Source of the DNA: Eledone cirrhosa
Taxonomy: Eukaryota
Assembly: GCA_964016885.1 (NCBI GenBank)
Contig: OZ024766.1
Location: 11,594,001 to 11,658,000, forward strand
Direction: 5' to 3'
DNA length: 64,000 nt
The position numbers and the translations under genes are program-made. Shown in pieces: positions 40,963-55,979 of the stretch (the stretch's first letter is position 1; the number at the start of each line of letters is the position of its first letter). Below the pieces are notes generated by a model. It did no database searches. It saw only the letters and a list, made by a program, of their open reading frames with translations, and was not told the DNA's origin.

Positions 40963-42561
40963 CTCTGCCACACATACGGCCTACCTGCAGCTACCTGGTT
41001 GACCCAGGGGCTTTACTACCAACCATCTTGTTCAGGGGGTCTAACTCTGCCACACGTACGGCCTACCTGCAGCTACCTGGTTGATCCAGGGGCTTTACTA
41101 CCAACCATCTTGTTCAGGAGGTCTAACTCTGCCACACGTACGGCCTACCTGCAGCTACCTGGTTGATCCAGGGGCTTTACTACCAACCATCTTGCTCAAG
41201 AGGTCTAACTCTGCCCACGTACGGCCTACCTGCAGCTACCTGGTTGATCCAGGGGCTTTACTACCAACCATCTTGCTCAAGAGGTCTAACTCTGCCCACG
41301 TACGGCCTACCTGCAGCTACCTGGTTGATCCAGGGGCTTTACTACCAACCATCTTGCTCAAGAGGTCTAACTCTGCCCCACGTACGGCCTACCTGCAGCT
41401 ACCTGGTTGATCCAGAGGCTTTACTACCAACCATCTTGCTCAGGAGGTCTAACTCTGCCCCACGTATGGCCTACCTGCAGCTACCTGGTTGATCCAGGGG
41501 CTTTACTACCAACCATCTTGTTCAGGAGGTCTAACTCTGCCCCACGTACGGCCTACCTGCAGCTACCTGGTTGATCCAGGGGCTTTACTACCAACCATCT
41601 TGTTCAGGTCTAACTCTGCCCCACGTACGGCCTACCTGCAGCTACCTGGTTGATCCAGAGGCTTTACTACCAACCATCTTGCTCAAGAGGTCTAACTCTG
41701 CCCCACGTACGGCCTACCTGCAGCTACCTGGTTGATCCAGAGGCTTTACTACCAACCATCTTGCTCAAGAGGTCTAACTCTGCCCACGTACGGCCTACCT
41801 GCAGCTACCTGGTTGATCCAGGGGCTTTACTACCAACCATCTTGTTCAGGGGGTCTAACTCTGCCACACGTACGGCCTACCTGCAGCTACCTGGTCGATC
41901 CAGGGCTTTACTACCAACCATCTTGTTCAGGGGGTCTAACTCTGCCACACGTACGGCCTACCTGCAGCTACCTGGTTGATCCAGGGGCTTTACTACCAAC
42001 CATCTTGCTCAAGAGGTCTAACTCTGCCCACGTACGGCCTACCTGCAGCTACCTGGTTGACCCAGGGCTTTACTACCAACCATCTTGTTCAGGAGGTCTA
42101 ACTCTGCCACACGTACGGCCTACCTGCAGCTACCTGGTTGACCCAGGGCTTTACTACCAACCATCTTGTTCAGGAGGTCTAACTCTGCCACACGTACGGC
42201 CTACCTGCAGCTACCTGGTTGATCAAGGGCTTTACTACCAACCATCTTGCTCAGGAGGTCTAACTCTGCCACACGTACGGCCTACCTGCAGCTACCTGGT
42301 TGACCCAGGGACTTTACTACCAACCATCTTGTTCAGGAGGTCTAACTCTGCCCCACGTACGGCCTACCTGCAGCTACCTGGTTGATCCAAGGGCTTTACT
42401 ACCAACCATCTTGTTCAGGAGGTCTAACTCTGCCCCACGTACGGCCTACCTGCAGCTACCTGGTTGATCCAAGGGCTTTACTACCAACCATCTTGCTCAG
42501 GTCTAACTCTGCCCCACGTACGGCCTACCTGCAGCTACCTGGTTGACCCAGGGGCTTTACT
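40938..42561. repeat. ~82-bp tandem array, about 20 copies, chimeric unit
   Basis: Unit = transposase segment (VVKPWVNQVAAGRPYVWQ) plus an RTE-like segment. Confidence 0.9.
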
Positions 42562-42972
42562 ACCTCGCTCAGAACGCGGATGTAGCCATCGGTGTTCAGC
42601 TTGAGGCCCTCAGGGAAGAAGTGAGGTGGCATGACGTCACCTTGACTGCTGACGACACCTAAGACCAATGTTGTCGCTGGAACCTTTGTCTGCATGACTC
42701 TGGGCACGTCTTTGGATGAGACAGCGAGCCACCTGTTGTTCTGGGAGTTGATCTTCTGGTCCTTATTTGTCCTCCCGGCGCGGATTCCAAGAAGAACTCC
42801 GTGTCTCTTCCACAAATTTGGAGGTTCAAAATTATTCATAATCAATTATTCTGAAAATAAATAATGGAAATATAGTCACTGTTTTTATGAAGACAAGAGT
42901 GACAATGGAAGTAAAAACAATTTGCATAAAATTAGCAGTTGAAAATTGCAAACAGATGTCGTCCACACCCTA
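42510..42972 (-). mobile_element. Internally deleted maT-like Tc1/mariner fragment
   Basis: DQKINSQNNRWLA...TKVPA...LGVVSSQGDVMPPHFF...YIRVLSEVVKP; terminus ta-tagggtgtggacg. Confidence 0.75.
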
Positions 42973-43274
42973 TATATATATATATATATATATATACTCT
43001 TTTACTCTTTTACCTGTTCCAGCTATGTGTGTGTATATATGTGTATGTGTGTGTGTGTATATATATATATGTGTGTATATATGTATATGTGTGTGTGTGT
43101 ATATATATATATGTGTGTATATATGTGTATATATGTATGTATGTGTGTATATATATGTATATGTGTCTATATATATATGTATATATATATATTTATTAAA
43201 ATAACAGATTAAAGTTTAAGCAAAGAATCGCTGCTTTCACTCTTAACGGGATCTTCTGAAATATATATATATTT

Positions 43275-43560
43275 ATCATCATCATCGTTTAACGTCCATC
43301 TTCCGTGCTAGCATGGGTCTGGATGGGAATTTTCCCACTTGAGGCAAGATTGTCCTGCTCGTATAGGACTGTCTGGCGGGTTTTCTACGGCTGGATGCCC
43401 TTCCTAATACCAACCACGTTTACAGTGTGGACTGGGAGGTTTTTACCGTGTTACCTACACGGCCACATTACAGCGTGGACTGTGTTTTTTTTTTGTCGTG
43501 ACACCTACACGACCTCATTTGTTTAGGACTGGATGTTGTGGTACCAGCATAACTTTACAT
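43275..43560 (-). mobile_element. RTE 3' UTR fragment
   Basis: Matches the 33455 copy. Confidence 0.75.
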
Positions 43561-43763
43561 CGAATGTATGTATGTATATGTGTATATGCATATATATGTA
43601 TATTGTATATGTATGTATATGTGTATATATATATATATGTATATTGTATATGTATGTATATGTGTATATATATATATATGTATATTGTATATGTATGTAT
43701 ATGTGTATATATATATATATGTATATTGTATATGTATGTATATGTGTATATATATATATATGT

Positions 43764-43967
43764 ATAACGAAGGAAATGTGGTAAGGAACCAGGTGGACCA
43801 TAACGCACCAAAGTACTCAATACTTAGTGTAGTAGAGTGGGTAATAGGAACGAGTAGGACCCCGACGGCTGAGCTCAAGCTGTTTTGACGGCTAATTCTG
43901 GATCCAATGTCCAGAATTAGCCGTCGAAACGGCTTGAGCTCAGCTGTCGGGGTCCTACTCGTTCCTA
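43764..43967. mobile_element. Family B palindromic element
   Basis: Inverted arms centred near 43905. Confidence 0.75.
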
Positions 43968-44067
43968 TGTATATGTATATCTATATATGTATATATGTAA
44001 ATATATGTATTTATATATGTATATATATGTGTATGTATTTATGTATGTATGTATATATATATATATA

Positions 44068-44403
44068 TCATCATTTTCATTTCATTTACGTCTGCTTTTT
44101 CCCTGCTTGCAAGGGTGGGAACTGATTTTAGCTTGATTTCTACAGCTGGATGCCCTTCCTAACACCAACCTCATTTACAGTGAGTGCTGGGTGCTTTTTT
44201 TGCCGTGGCACCTCCACGACCACTTTACAGTGGAATGACAGGGACCCCAGTCCCTATCATCTCATTCCTACAGCTGAGTAAACTGGAGGAATGTGAAATA
44301 AAGTGTCTTGCTCAAGGAAACAACACATCACCCGGTCTGAGAATTGAACTCACAACCTTTCGATTGCAAGGCCAATGCTCTAACCACTAAGCCATGTGCC
44401 TCC
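44068..44403 (-). mobile_element. Family 1 SINE
   Basis: Near-identical to other copies. Confidence 0.85.
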
Positions 44404-44584
44404 ATTTATATATATGTATATGTGTATATATATATATATGTATATTGTATATGTATGTATATGTGTGTATATATATATATGTAAATGTATATATGTATAT
44501 ATATGTATATATGCATATGTATATATGTAAATATATGTGTATGTATTTATATATGTATATATATGTGCATGTATTTATGTATAT

Positions 44585-44649
<65 letters not shown>

Positions 44650-45151
44650 TACATATATATGCATATATTCACTGGCCATGTTTCTTAGCACCATGCTGCA
44701 TCGTACTTCTCACAGTTAGACATCAAAACAGCCGGGGTGGGGCGGAGTACTGCTCCCTGTGGTAGGGAGAAAGACTCCTTTTGTTGTCACTCTCAGGCAA
44801 TTAAGGTTGTTTTAACTGAGGGTCTCTGCTGCAGTAGTTGCAGTAGTAATTATAGCCGTGGGGGGAGAGGAAGGGTCCATGAGTCTGGGGTAGGGTAGTG
44901 GTGGGTTGGTCGGATCAAATGGAGTGTCTATCTGAGTCAGAGAAAGTGAGGTGGGGCGGGGATAATAGAAAAAAAAAAACACTGCAGTTGCTTAGGTGAC
45001 AGACAGACAGACAGACTGACACATAGACTGACAGACAGACAGACAGACAGACACATAGACTGACAGGCAGGCAGATATAAATATAAACACTTTAAAATAT
45101 ACAGTTTTATATCATAGTCATAGAATTAGCGGTGTTTGGAACATAACTTAA

Positions 45152-46530
45152 CCATTTACCATTTACATTACTCTATATATACTATTGTATTTTCACAGTA
45201 AAGGCTTTACCTCACATCATATCTCACATGACATTTACATTACTCTATATATACTATTGTATTTTCACAGTAAAGGCTTTACCTCACATAATATCTCACA
45301 TAACATTTACATTACTCTATATATACTATTGTATTTTCACAGTAAAGGCTTTACCTCACATCATATCTCACATAACATTTACATTACTCTATATATACTA
45401 TTGTATTTTCACAGTAAAGGCTTTACTTCACATAATACCTCACATAACATTTACATTACTCTATATATACTATTGTATTGTCACAGTAAAGGCTTTACCT
45501 CACATAATATCTCACATAACATTTACATTACTCTATATATACTATTGTATTTTCACAGTAAAGGCTTTACCTCACATCATATCTCACATAACATTTACAT
45601 TACTCTATATATACTATTGTATTTTCACAGTAAAGGCTTTACCTCACATAATATCTCACATAACATTTACATTACTCTATATATACTATTGTATTTTCAC
45701 AGTAAAGGCTTTACCTCACATCATATCTCACATAACATTTACATTACTCTATATATACTATTGTATTTTCACAGTAAAGGCTTTACCTCACATAATATCT
45801 CACATAACATTTACATTACTCTATATATACTATTGTATTTTCACAGTAAAGGCTTTACCTCACATAATATCTCACATAACATTTACATTACTCTATATAT
45901 ACTATTGTATTGTTACAGTAAAGGCTTTACCTCACATAATATCTCACATAACATTTACATTACTCTATATATACTATTGTATTTTCACAGTAAAGGCTTT
46001 ACCTCACATAATATCTCACATAACATTTACATTACTCTATATATACTATTGTATTTTCACAGTAAAGGCTTTACCTCACATAATATCTCACATAACATTT
46101 ACATTACTCTATATATACTATTGTATTTTCACAGTAAAGGCTTTACCTCACATAATATCTCACATAACATTTACATTACTCTATATATACTATTGTATTT
46201 TCACAGTAAAGGCTTTACCTCACATCATATCTCACATAACATTTACATTACTCTATATATACTATTGTATTGTCACAGTAAAGGCTTTACCTCACATAAT
46301 ATCTCACATAACATTTACATTACTCTATATATACTATTGTATTTTCACAGTAAAGGCTTTACCTCACATAATATCTCACATAACATTTACATTACTCTAT
46401 ATATACTATTGTATTTTCATGGTAAAAGCTTTATCTCACATAATTATCTCACATGATATCGAATCTATGAGATTTTGATATTTATTTTGAGAACAATACC
46501 TTAACATCAGTATGAGCGACCGGTTACAGC
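45152..46530. mobile_element. piggyBac-like MITE with 72-bp array (about 18 copies), opposite orientation to the 35 kb and 55 kb copies
   Basis: TTAA-ccatttaccatttacattac start; shared flank gaatctatgagatttt...gagaacaataccttaacatcag. Confidence 0.7.
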
Positions 46531-46539
46531 TTGTTTGAA

Positions 46540-47300
46540 CAATCCCAACCCCTCTGTTATTTTGGGGTTTTTTTTTTTGTTAGGGACCACTTGGGGAGAG
46601 AGAGAGAGAGACCTCCAATCTCAACCCTGTTTTTTTTGTGGGGTGGGATTTTTTGTTAGGGACCACTTGGGGATAGAGAGAGAGAGAGACCTTTTTCCAT
46701 CCCATCCCAACCCCTCTGTTTTTTGATGGGTAATTTTTTTTATTAGGAACCACTTGGGAGAGAGAGAGGGGCCTCTTCCCATCTCAAACCCCGCTGTCTT
46801 TTGGTGGGGTTATATTTTGTCAAGGACCACTTGGGGAGAGGGAGAGAGAGACCTTCTTCCATCCCAACCCCTCTAATTTTGGGGGGTAATTTTTTGTTAG
46901 GGACCACTTAGGAAGAGAGGGAGAGAGAACTTCTTCCATCCCTTCCCAATCCCTCAGTTTTTTGGGTGGTAATTTTTTATTAGGGACCACTTGGGTGAGA
47001 GAGAGACCTTCTTCCATCCCTTCCCAACCCCTCTGATATTTTGGGGGATTACTTTTTGTTAGGGACCACTTGGAAAGAGAGAGAGACCCCCTTCAATCCC
47101 AACCCTATTTTTTTGGGGGGAGGGGTGTTATTTTTTGTTAGGGACCACTTAGAGAGAGACCTCCTTCAATCCCAACACTGTTTTTTGGGGGGTAATCTTT
47201 TGTTAGGGACCACTTGAGGATAGAGAGAAAGGATAGAGACCTACTTCAATCCCAAACCTCAGTTTTTTTGGAGTTATTTTTTGTTAGGGACCACTTGGGA
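46540..47300. repeat. Diverged ~60-68 bp tandem repeat, about 12 copies
   Basis: Recurring ttagggaccacttgg core. Confidence 0.8.
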
Positions 47301-47357
47301 GGGGGGGGGAGAAACAATTTTTTTAAAAAGGGTTTTTACAAGAATTTATTTATGAAA

Positions 47358-47388
<31 letters not shown>

Positions 47389-47634
47389 AAAAAAAACAAA
47401 GAAAAGAAAAGATAAATATGTAAATAGATAAAATTTGCTGGGGCTAGGTGTGGTGGTGGTGGTGGGGTCGGGGGAGGGAGTGTGTGGTGGGGTGTGGCTG
47501 TGTGCGGGTGTGTGGACGGGGGGCATAAGATAGAAAATTAAATAAGAAATGTAAAGTCTCTAAGGCATCTGTTAAAATGTGGAAGATGAAAGGTTGGGGA
47601 AAGTTGGTTTAGTCTGTGAAGAACTCCATATGCA

Positions 47635-47764
<130 letters not shown>

Positions 47765-47796
47765 TATATATATGTGTATATATATATGTATATGTC

Positions 47797-47837
<41 letters not shown>

Positions 47838-47877
47838 GTATATATATAGGCATATATATATATGTGTATATATATAA

Positions 47878-47919
<42 letters not shown>

Positions 47920-47922
47920 GTG

Positions 47923-47973
<51 letters not shown>

Positions 47974-48188
47974 GTATATATATTTGACAATATCTCTATA
48001 TATATATATATATACATATATATGTCTATATATACATAGACATATATATATATATATGTATATAAATATACATATATATATAGACATATATATATATATA
48101 TATACATATATATAGACATATATATATATATATATACATATATATATACATATATATACATATATATATACATATATATATATATATG

Positions 48189-48246
<58 letters not shown>

Positions 48247-48499
48247 TATATACATATATATATGTATATATATACATATATATATACATATATATATGTA
48301 TATATATACATATATATATATATATATAGACATATATATAGACATACATATATACACACATATACACACACATACACAGACAGAATGCCCCAGACAAGGG
48401 CTCACATGCATGAAAATAATTGGGTTTATGTTTAGGAATAGTTCAGATGACTTGGGTGGGTGGGGTGATGTACTAAACAGCTGGGGTGAGATGTTTAAG

Positions 48500-49225
48500 A
48501 AAAATGGGGCCACTTTGGTGGGAAATTTATAAAACAGCTGGGTTAATGGGTTTGGAAAAACTGGGGTTACTTTGGTGGGAAATTTATGAAATAGTTGGGT
48601 TAATGGGTTTGGAAAAACTGGGGTCACTTTGGTGGGAAATTTATAAAACAGCTGGGTTAATGTGTTTGGAAAAACTGGGGTCACTTTGGTGGGAAATTTA
48701 TGAAATAGTTGGGTTAATTTGTTTGGAAAAACTGGGGTCACTTTGGTGGGAAATTTATGAAATAGTTGGGTTAATGGGTTTGGAAAAACTGGGGTCACTT
48801 TGGTGGGAAATTTATGAAATTGTTGGGTTAATGGGTTTGGAAAAACTGGGGTCACTTTGGTGGGAAATTTATGAAATTGTTGGGTTAATGGGTTTGGAAA
48901 AACTGGGGTCACTTTGGTGGGAAATTTATGAAATTGTTGGGTTAATGGGTTTGGAAAAACTGGGGTCACTTTGGTGGGAAATTTATGAAATTGTTGGGTT
49001 AATTTGTTTGGAAAAACTGGGGTCACTTTGGTGGGAAATTTATGAAATTGTTGGGTTAATGGGTTTGGAAAAACTGGGGTCACTTTGGTGGGAAATTTAT
49101 GAAATAGTTGGGTTAATGGGTTTGGAAAAACTGGGGTCACTTTGGTGGGAAATTTATGAAATTGTTGGGTTAATGGGTTTGGAAAAACTGGGGTAACTTT
49201 GGTGGGGATGTATGAAATAGCTGGG
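48500..49225. repeat. 60-bp tandem array, about 12 copies
   Basis: Unit gaaaaactggggtcactttggtgggaaatttatgaaattgttgggttaatgggtttg..; 20-aa periodic ORFs on both strands. Confidence 0.95.
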
Positions 49226-49908
49226 CACTTTTTGTCATGTCACCAAAACGACCACTTTACAGTGATGACTGGGTGTTTTTTGTCGTGACACCTACACGAA
49301 CACTTTATAGAGAGGACTGGGTGATTTTTATCGTTTGACACCAAAACGACCACTTTACAGATTGAACTGGGTGCTTTTTGTCGTTTGACACCAAAACGAC
49401 CACTTTACAGAGTGGACTGGCTACTTTTTGTCGTGTGACACCTACATGACCACTTTACAGAGTGGACTGAGTGCTTTTTATCATGGCACCAAAACGCCCA
49501 CTTTACAGAGTGGACGGGGTGCTTTTTGTCGTTTGACACCAAAACGACCACTTTACAGAGTGGCTGGGTGCTTTTTGTCTTGTGACACCTACATGACCAC
49601 TTTACAGAGTGGACTGAGTGCTTTTTTATTATGGCACCAAAACGACCACTTTACAGAGTGGACTGGGTGCTATTTGTCGTTTGACCCCAAAACGACCACT
49701 TTACAGAGTGGACTGGGTGCTATTTGTCGTTTGACCCCAAAACGACCACTTTACAGAGTGGACTGGTTGCTATTTGTCGTTTGACCCCAAAACGACCACT
49801 TTACAGAGTGGACTGAGTGCTTTTTGTCGTTTGACACGAAAACGACCACTTTACAGAGTGGACTGAGTGCTATTTGTCGTTTGACACCAAAGCGACCACT
49901 TTACAGAT
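49226..49908. repeat. ~49-50 bp array of RTE UTR-type unit
   Basis: acgaccactttacagagtggactgggtgc core. Confidence 0.85.
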
Positions 49909-50354
49909 ATGAACGAAAGGAAAAGCCAAAGCAGAGAAAAAAAAAAAAAAAAACTGGGGTAACACTGTGAGATAAAAAAGAAAAAAATAGGACAATGTAT
50001 ATGAAGGAAAGTGGGTTAATGTGTCTTTTAAAATTAGGACAACCTTTTAAAATTAGAACTAGGTTAGCATGTTAACATGTAAGGAAAATGTGGGTGAATA
50101 TGGATGCAATAGAAAGTGTGTTATCTCATAGGAAAACTGGATTATACAACAAGGGTGTATTGATATAAGTGTACATATATATGTATGTATATGTATGTAT
50201 ATATATATATATGTATATGTATATATAGATCTATATATAGATGTATATATATATGTATATATGTATATGTATATATAGATGTATATATAGATGTATATGT
50301 ATATATATATGTATGTATATGTATATATATATGTATATATGTATATATAGATGT

Positions 50355-50674
50355 ATCATCATTTCATTTTACGTCCGCTTTTCCCTGCTTGCAAGGGTGG
50401 GACGGGAATTGATTCTGGCATGATTTCTACAGCTGGATGCCCTTCCTAACACCAACCTCATTTACAGTGAGTGCTGGGTGCTCTTTTGCCGTGGCACCTC
50501 CACGACCACTTTGCAGTGGAATGATAGGGACCCTAGTCCCTATCATCTCATTTCTACAGCTGAGTAAACTGGAGCAATGTGAAATAAAGTCTCTTGCTCA
50601 AGGAAACAACACATCACCCGGTCTGAGAATTGAACTCACAACCTTTCGATTGCAAGGCCAATGCTCTAACCACT
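50355..50674 (-). mobile_element. Family 1 SINE
   Basis: Near-identical to other copies. Confidence 0.85.
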
Positions 50675-50747
50675 ATGTATATGTATATATATATGTATAT
50701 ATGTATGTATATGTATATATATATGTATATATGTATATGTATATATA

Positions 50748-50791
<44 letters not shown>

Positions 50792-50816
50792 TGTATTATA
50801 CATCCTTCTCTCTCTT

Positions 50817-50850
<34 letters not shown>

Positions 50851-50900
50851 TGTATATATAGATGTATATATATATATGTATATGTATATATGTATATATA

Positions 50901-50942
<42 letters not shown>

Positions 50943-50969
50943 TGTATTATACATCCTTCTCTCTCTTTT

Positions 50970-51019
<50 letters not shown>

Positions 51020-51284
51020 AGTGTGTGTATGTATATATATATATCAGTATGTATATATACTAACCCATGCTAGCGTGGAAAATGGACGTTAAACGAAGAT
51101 GATGAAGATGAAGATGATGATGATGATATATATATATGTATGTATGTGTATATATTTATTTATATATATATATATCAATATATATATATATATATGTATA
51201 CATGTTATATATATATATAGAGAGAGATATTTATACCAAATTTTAACTACAGTATGCACACACACACACACATGTATATATATT

Positions 51285-51324
<40 letters not shown>

Positions 51325-51399
51325 CACATATATATCTGTATGTGTGTGTGTATATATATACATGTACTGTCGTACAACTTTTGTATAAATATCTATAGG

Positions 51400-51442
<43 letters not shown>

Positions 51443-51487
51443 GATAAATTCACACATATACACACACATAAATATACACACGAACAC

Positions 51488-51519
<32 letters not shown>

Positions 51520-51710
51520 ATATATTATTGCCTTCACTTGTATTTCATTCTATCAACCTCTCAAAATGACAAAAGACAAAACTACCCTCGGTGGGATTTA
51601 ATCCACAACAAACACCACAAGGTATTTTATCCTGATGTTTGAAATTCTTCTCTAGTTAACTACCTTCAGAGACAGGAGGGGGTGTTACAATTTAATTTGT
51701 GTTTGTATAT

Positions 51711-54198
51711 ATCATCATCATCATCATCATTTAACGTCCATCTTCCACGCTAGCATGGGTTGGACGGGTTTGTCCCACTTGAGGCAAGATTGGTCGGGTG
51801 ACCGTGTCTTGCTCGTATATGACTATCTGGCAGGTTTTCTATGGCTGGATGCCTTTCCTAACACCAACCACATTTACAGTGTGGACTGAGAGCCTTTATA
51901 CCGTGTCTCCTACATGACTACTTTACAGTGTGGACTGGGAGCCTTTTTACTGTGTCTCCTAGACTACCACTTTACAGTGTGGACTGGGAGCCTTTTTACT
52001 GTGTCTCCTACACGACCACCTTACAGTGTGGACTGGGAGCCTTTTTACTGTGTCTCCTACACGACCACTTTACAGTGTGGACTGGGAGCCTTTTTACTGT
52101 GTCTCCTACACGACCACTTTACAGTGTGGACTGGGAGCCTTTTTACTGTGTCTCCTACACGACCACTTTACAGTGTGGACTGGGAGCCTTTTTACATTGT
52201 CTCCTACACTACCACTTTACAGTGTGGACTGGGAGCCTTTTTACATTGTCTCCTACACTACCACTTTACACCGTGGACTGGGAGCCTTTTTACTGTGTCT
52301 CCTACACTACCACTTTACAGTGTGGACTGGGAGCCTTTTTACTGTGTCTCCTACACTACCACTTTACAGTGTGGACTGGGAGCCTTTATACCGTGTTACC
52401 TACATGACCACTTTACAGTGTGGACTGGGAGCCTTTTTACTGTGTCTCGTACATGACCACATTACAGTGTGGACTGGGAACCTTTTTACTGTGTCTCCTA
52501 CATGACCACTTTACAGTGTGAACTGAGAGCCTTTATACCGTGTCTCCTTTATGACTATTTTACAGTGTGGACTGGGAGCCTTTATACCGTGTCTCCTTTA
52601 TGACTACTTTACAGTGTGGACTGGGAGCCTTTTTACTGTGTCTCCTACATGACCACTTTACAGTGTGAACTGAGAGCCTTTATACCGTGTCTCCTTTATG
52701 ACTATTTTACAGTGTGGACTGGGAGCCTTTATACCGTGTCTCCTTTATGACCACTTTACAGTGTGGACTGGGAGCCTTTTTACTGTGTCTCCTACATGAC
52801 CACTTTACAGTGTGAACTGAGAGCCTTTATACCGTGTCTCCTTTATGACTACTTTACAGTGTGGACTGGGAGCCTTTTTACTGTGTCTCCTACACTACCA
52901 CTTTACAGTGTGGACTGGGAGCCTTTATACCGTGTCTCCTTTATGACTATTTTACAGTGTGGACTGGGAGCCTTTATACCGTGTCTCCTTTATGACTACT
53001 TTACAGTGTGGACTGGGAGCCTTTTTACTGTGTCTCCTACATGACCACTTTACAGTGTGAACTGAGAGCCTTTATACCGTGTCTCCTTTATGACTATTTT
53101 ACAGTGTGGACTGGGAGCCTTTATACCGTGTCTCCTTTATGACCACTTTACAGTGTGGACTGGGAGCCTTTTTACTGTGTCTCCTACATGACCACTTTAC
53201 AGTGTGAACTGAGAGCCTTTATACCGTGTCTCCTTTATGACTATTTTACAGTGTGGACTGGGAGCCTTTATACCGTGTCTCCTTTATGACTACTTTACAG
53301 TGTGGACTGGGAGCCTTTATACCGTGTCTCCTTTATGACTACTTTACAGTGTGGACTGGGAGCCTTTATACCGTGTCTCCTACATGACCACTTTACAGTG
53401 TGGACTGGGAGCCTTTATACCGTGTCTCCTTTATGACCACTTTACAGTGTGGACTGGGAGCCTTTTTACTGTGTCTCCTACATGACCACTTTACAGTGTG
53501 AACTGAGAGCCTTTATACCGTGTCTCCTTTATGACTATTTTACAGTGTGGACTGGGAGCCTTTATACCGTGTCTCCTTTATGACTACTTTACAGTGTGGA
53601 CTGGGAGCCTTTATACCGTGTCTCCTTTATGACTACTTTACAGTGTGGACTGGGAGCCTTTATACCGTGTCTCCTACATGACCACTTTACAGTGTGGACT
53701 GGGAGCCTTTATACCGTGTCTCCTTTATGACTACTTTACAGTGTGGGCTGGGAGCTTTTATACCGTGTTACCTACATGACCACCTTACAGTGTGGGCTGG
53801 GAGCTTTTTACAGTGTTACCTACAAGGCCATATTACAGTGTGACTGTGTGTTTTTTTGTCGTGACACCTACACGACCACATTAGTTTGGACTGGATGTTG
53901 TGCTACCAACATAACTTTATAGAGAAAGGGTGGTGTTGGTGGGAGTGGGAGGACGGGGTAGTGGATTGGGGTGTATATTTGATTAAGGGGTGCCTACTGA
54001 CTAGGTTTTGCTTTGCACATAGGCAAGGTGGGTCTTCTGTATTACTGCGTAGCGCCAAAGATCTCGGTCCAGTGACATTGTCTTAGAGAGGTGCAAGTGT
54101 GCAAGGTCGGAATTTATCAAATCATCCCAGGTTTTTCTGGGTCTACCTACTCCGTAACTTCCATCAATTTTTATCGCCCTGCACTTTTTTATACAGCT
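51711..54198 (-). mobile_element. RTE 3' end with 49-bp UTR unit amplified about 40 times (51870-53850)
   Basis: ORF remnant GRPRKTWDDLINSDL at ~54030-54198, UTR, array, (GAT)n tail at 51711. Confidence 0.88.
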
Positions 54199-54435
54199 AT
54201 ATATTTAGAAATTAATTAATTAATTTATTAATTAATTAAGATGAAATACACATACAGAGAAAATTGGAATATTTAATCCTCTTAAAGATTTTAATATTGT
54301 AAAATCTGAAATTTTGCAGCATCACACTACTACACCGGCCCCACCCTCCCCCTTACATTGCACTTCTCTGCCTCTACACCCTACTTTATCTCACATAATA
54401 TCGCATCTATGAGATTTTGATATCATTTATTTTGA

Positions 54436-54620
54436 TAAGGGCGGTGAATTGGCAGTATCGGTAGAGCGTTGGACCCCATGCTTTCTAGCATAGTTACGTC
54501 CCTTTACGGTTTGAGTTCAAATCCTGTCGAGGTTAACTTTGCCTTTCATCCTTACGGGGTCGATAAAATAAAGTACCGGTCATGTACTGGGTAATTGCCG
54601 GCCTTGTGCCAAAAAGTAGA
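54436..54620 (+). mobile_element. Full-length family 2 SINE with 14-bp target-site duplication, inside an unamplified MITE copy (~54385-54935)
   Basis: atcatttattttga at 54422-54435 and 54621-54634. Confidence 0.85.
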
Positions 54621-54719
54621 ATCATTTATTTTGAGAACAATACCTTAACATCAGTATGAGCGGCCGGTTACTGCCGGTTTGTACAGAAAAGGAACGATCG
54701 ACTTTAGTCAAATCGGACC

Positions 54720-54904
54720 GAGGAAACAATGTTTCCATTGGTCTTTCCATTTGCTAATACTATCTATCGGTCACATCTCCAGGTAGAAGGGGCAACGTGA
54801 AATAAAGTGTCTTGCTCAAGGACATAACACATCACCTAGTCCAGGAATCAAACTCACAACATCAAGACTGCGGATCCAATTCTCTAACCACTCAGCCACA
54901 CGCC
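54720..54904 (-). mobile_element. Diverged family 1-like SINE
   Basis: gtgaaataaagtgtcttgctcaagg core and tRNA-like head. Confidence 0.65.
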
Positions 54905-55979
54905 GAATACGGCTGGTTTACATGCTAAATGGTTAATAAACCCCTTCCAAATCATTGGTTATAAAAGGGTTTTAACCCTTTAATGTTCAAACCGGCCAGA
55001 ATTCTCTACCTTTTTCTGTTGAATCTGGCTGTAAGTGGTCACTCAAACTAATGTTAAGGTATTGTTCTCAAAATAAATACTTTCAAAATCTCATAGATTC
55101 GATATTATGTGAGATATTATGTGAGGTAAAGCCTTTACTGTGAAAATACAATAGTATATATAGAGTAATGTAAATGTTATGTGAGATATTATGTGAGGTA
55201 AAGCCTTTACCATGAAAATACAATAGTATATATAGAGTAATGTAAATGCTATGTGAGATATTATGTGAGGTAAAGCCTTTAGTGTGACAATACAATAGTA
55301 TATATAGAGTAATGTAAATGTTATGTGAGATATTATGTGAGGTAAAGCCTTTACCATGAAAATACAATAGTATATATAGAGTAATGTAAATGCTATGTGA
55401 GATATTATGTGAGGTAAAGACTTTACTGTGACAATACAATAGTATATATAGAGTAATGTAAATGTTATGTGAGATATTATGTGAGGTAAAGCCTTTACTG
55501 TGACAATACAATAGTATATATAGAGTAATGTAAATGTTATGTGAGATATTATGTGAGGTAAAGCCTTTACTGTGAAAATACAATAGTATATATAGAGTAA
55601 TGTAAATGTTATGTGAGATATTATGTGAGGTAAAGACTTTACTGTGACAATACAATAGTATATATAGAGTAATGTAAATGTTATGTGAGATATTATGTGA
55701 GGTAAAGCCTTAACTGTGACAATACAATAGTATATATAGAGTGGTTTCTTTATTTGCCACTAGGGCACAAAAGGTAGGGACAGATACAAGGGGGGAAGTT
55801 TACATATAATTAACGAGTACAAAAATATAACAATGAAATAACAACAACAAACGAAGTCCTCAATAGGGAGGGGGCATTAACATGGGTCGCACACACCCCG
55901 GAAAAAATGTGTAACCCTTCTCCTCAGGAGCACAAAGAGTAGGTGCTTCCCTCGTCTCCTCTTTTTCCTCTTCTTTCAC

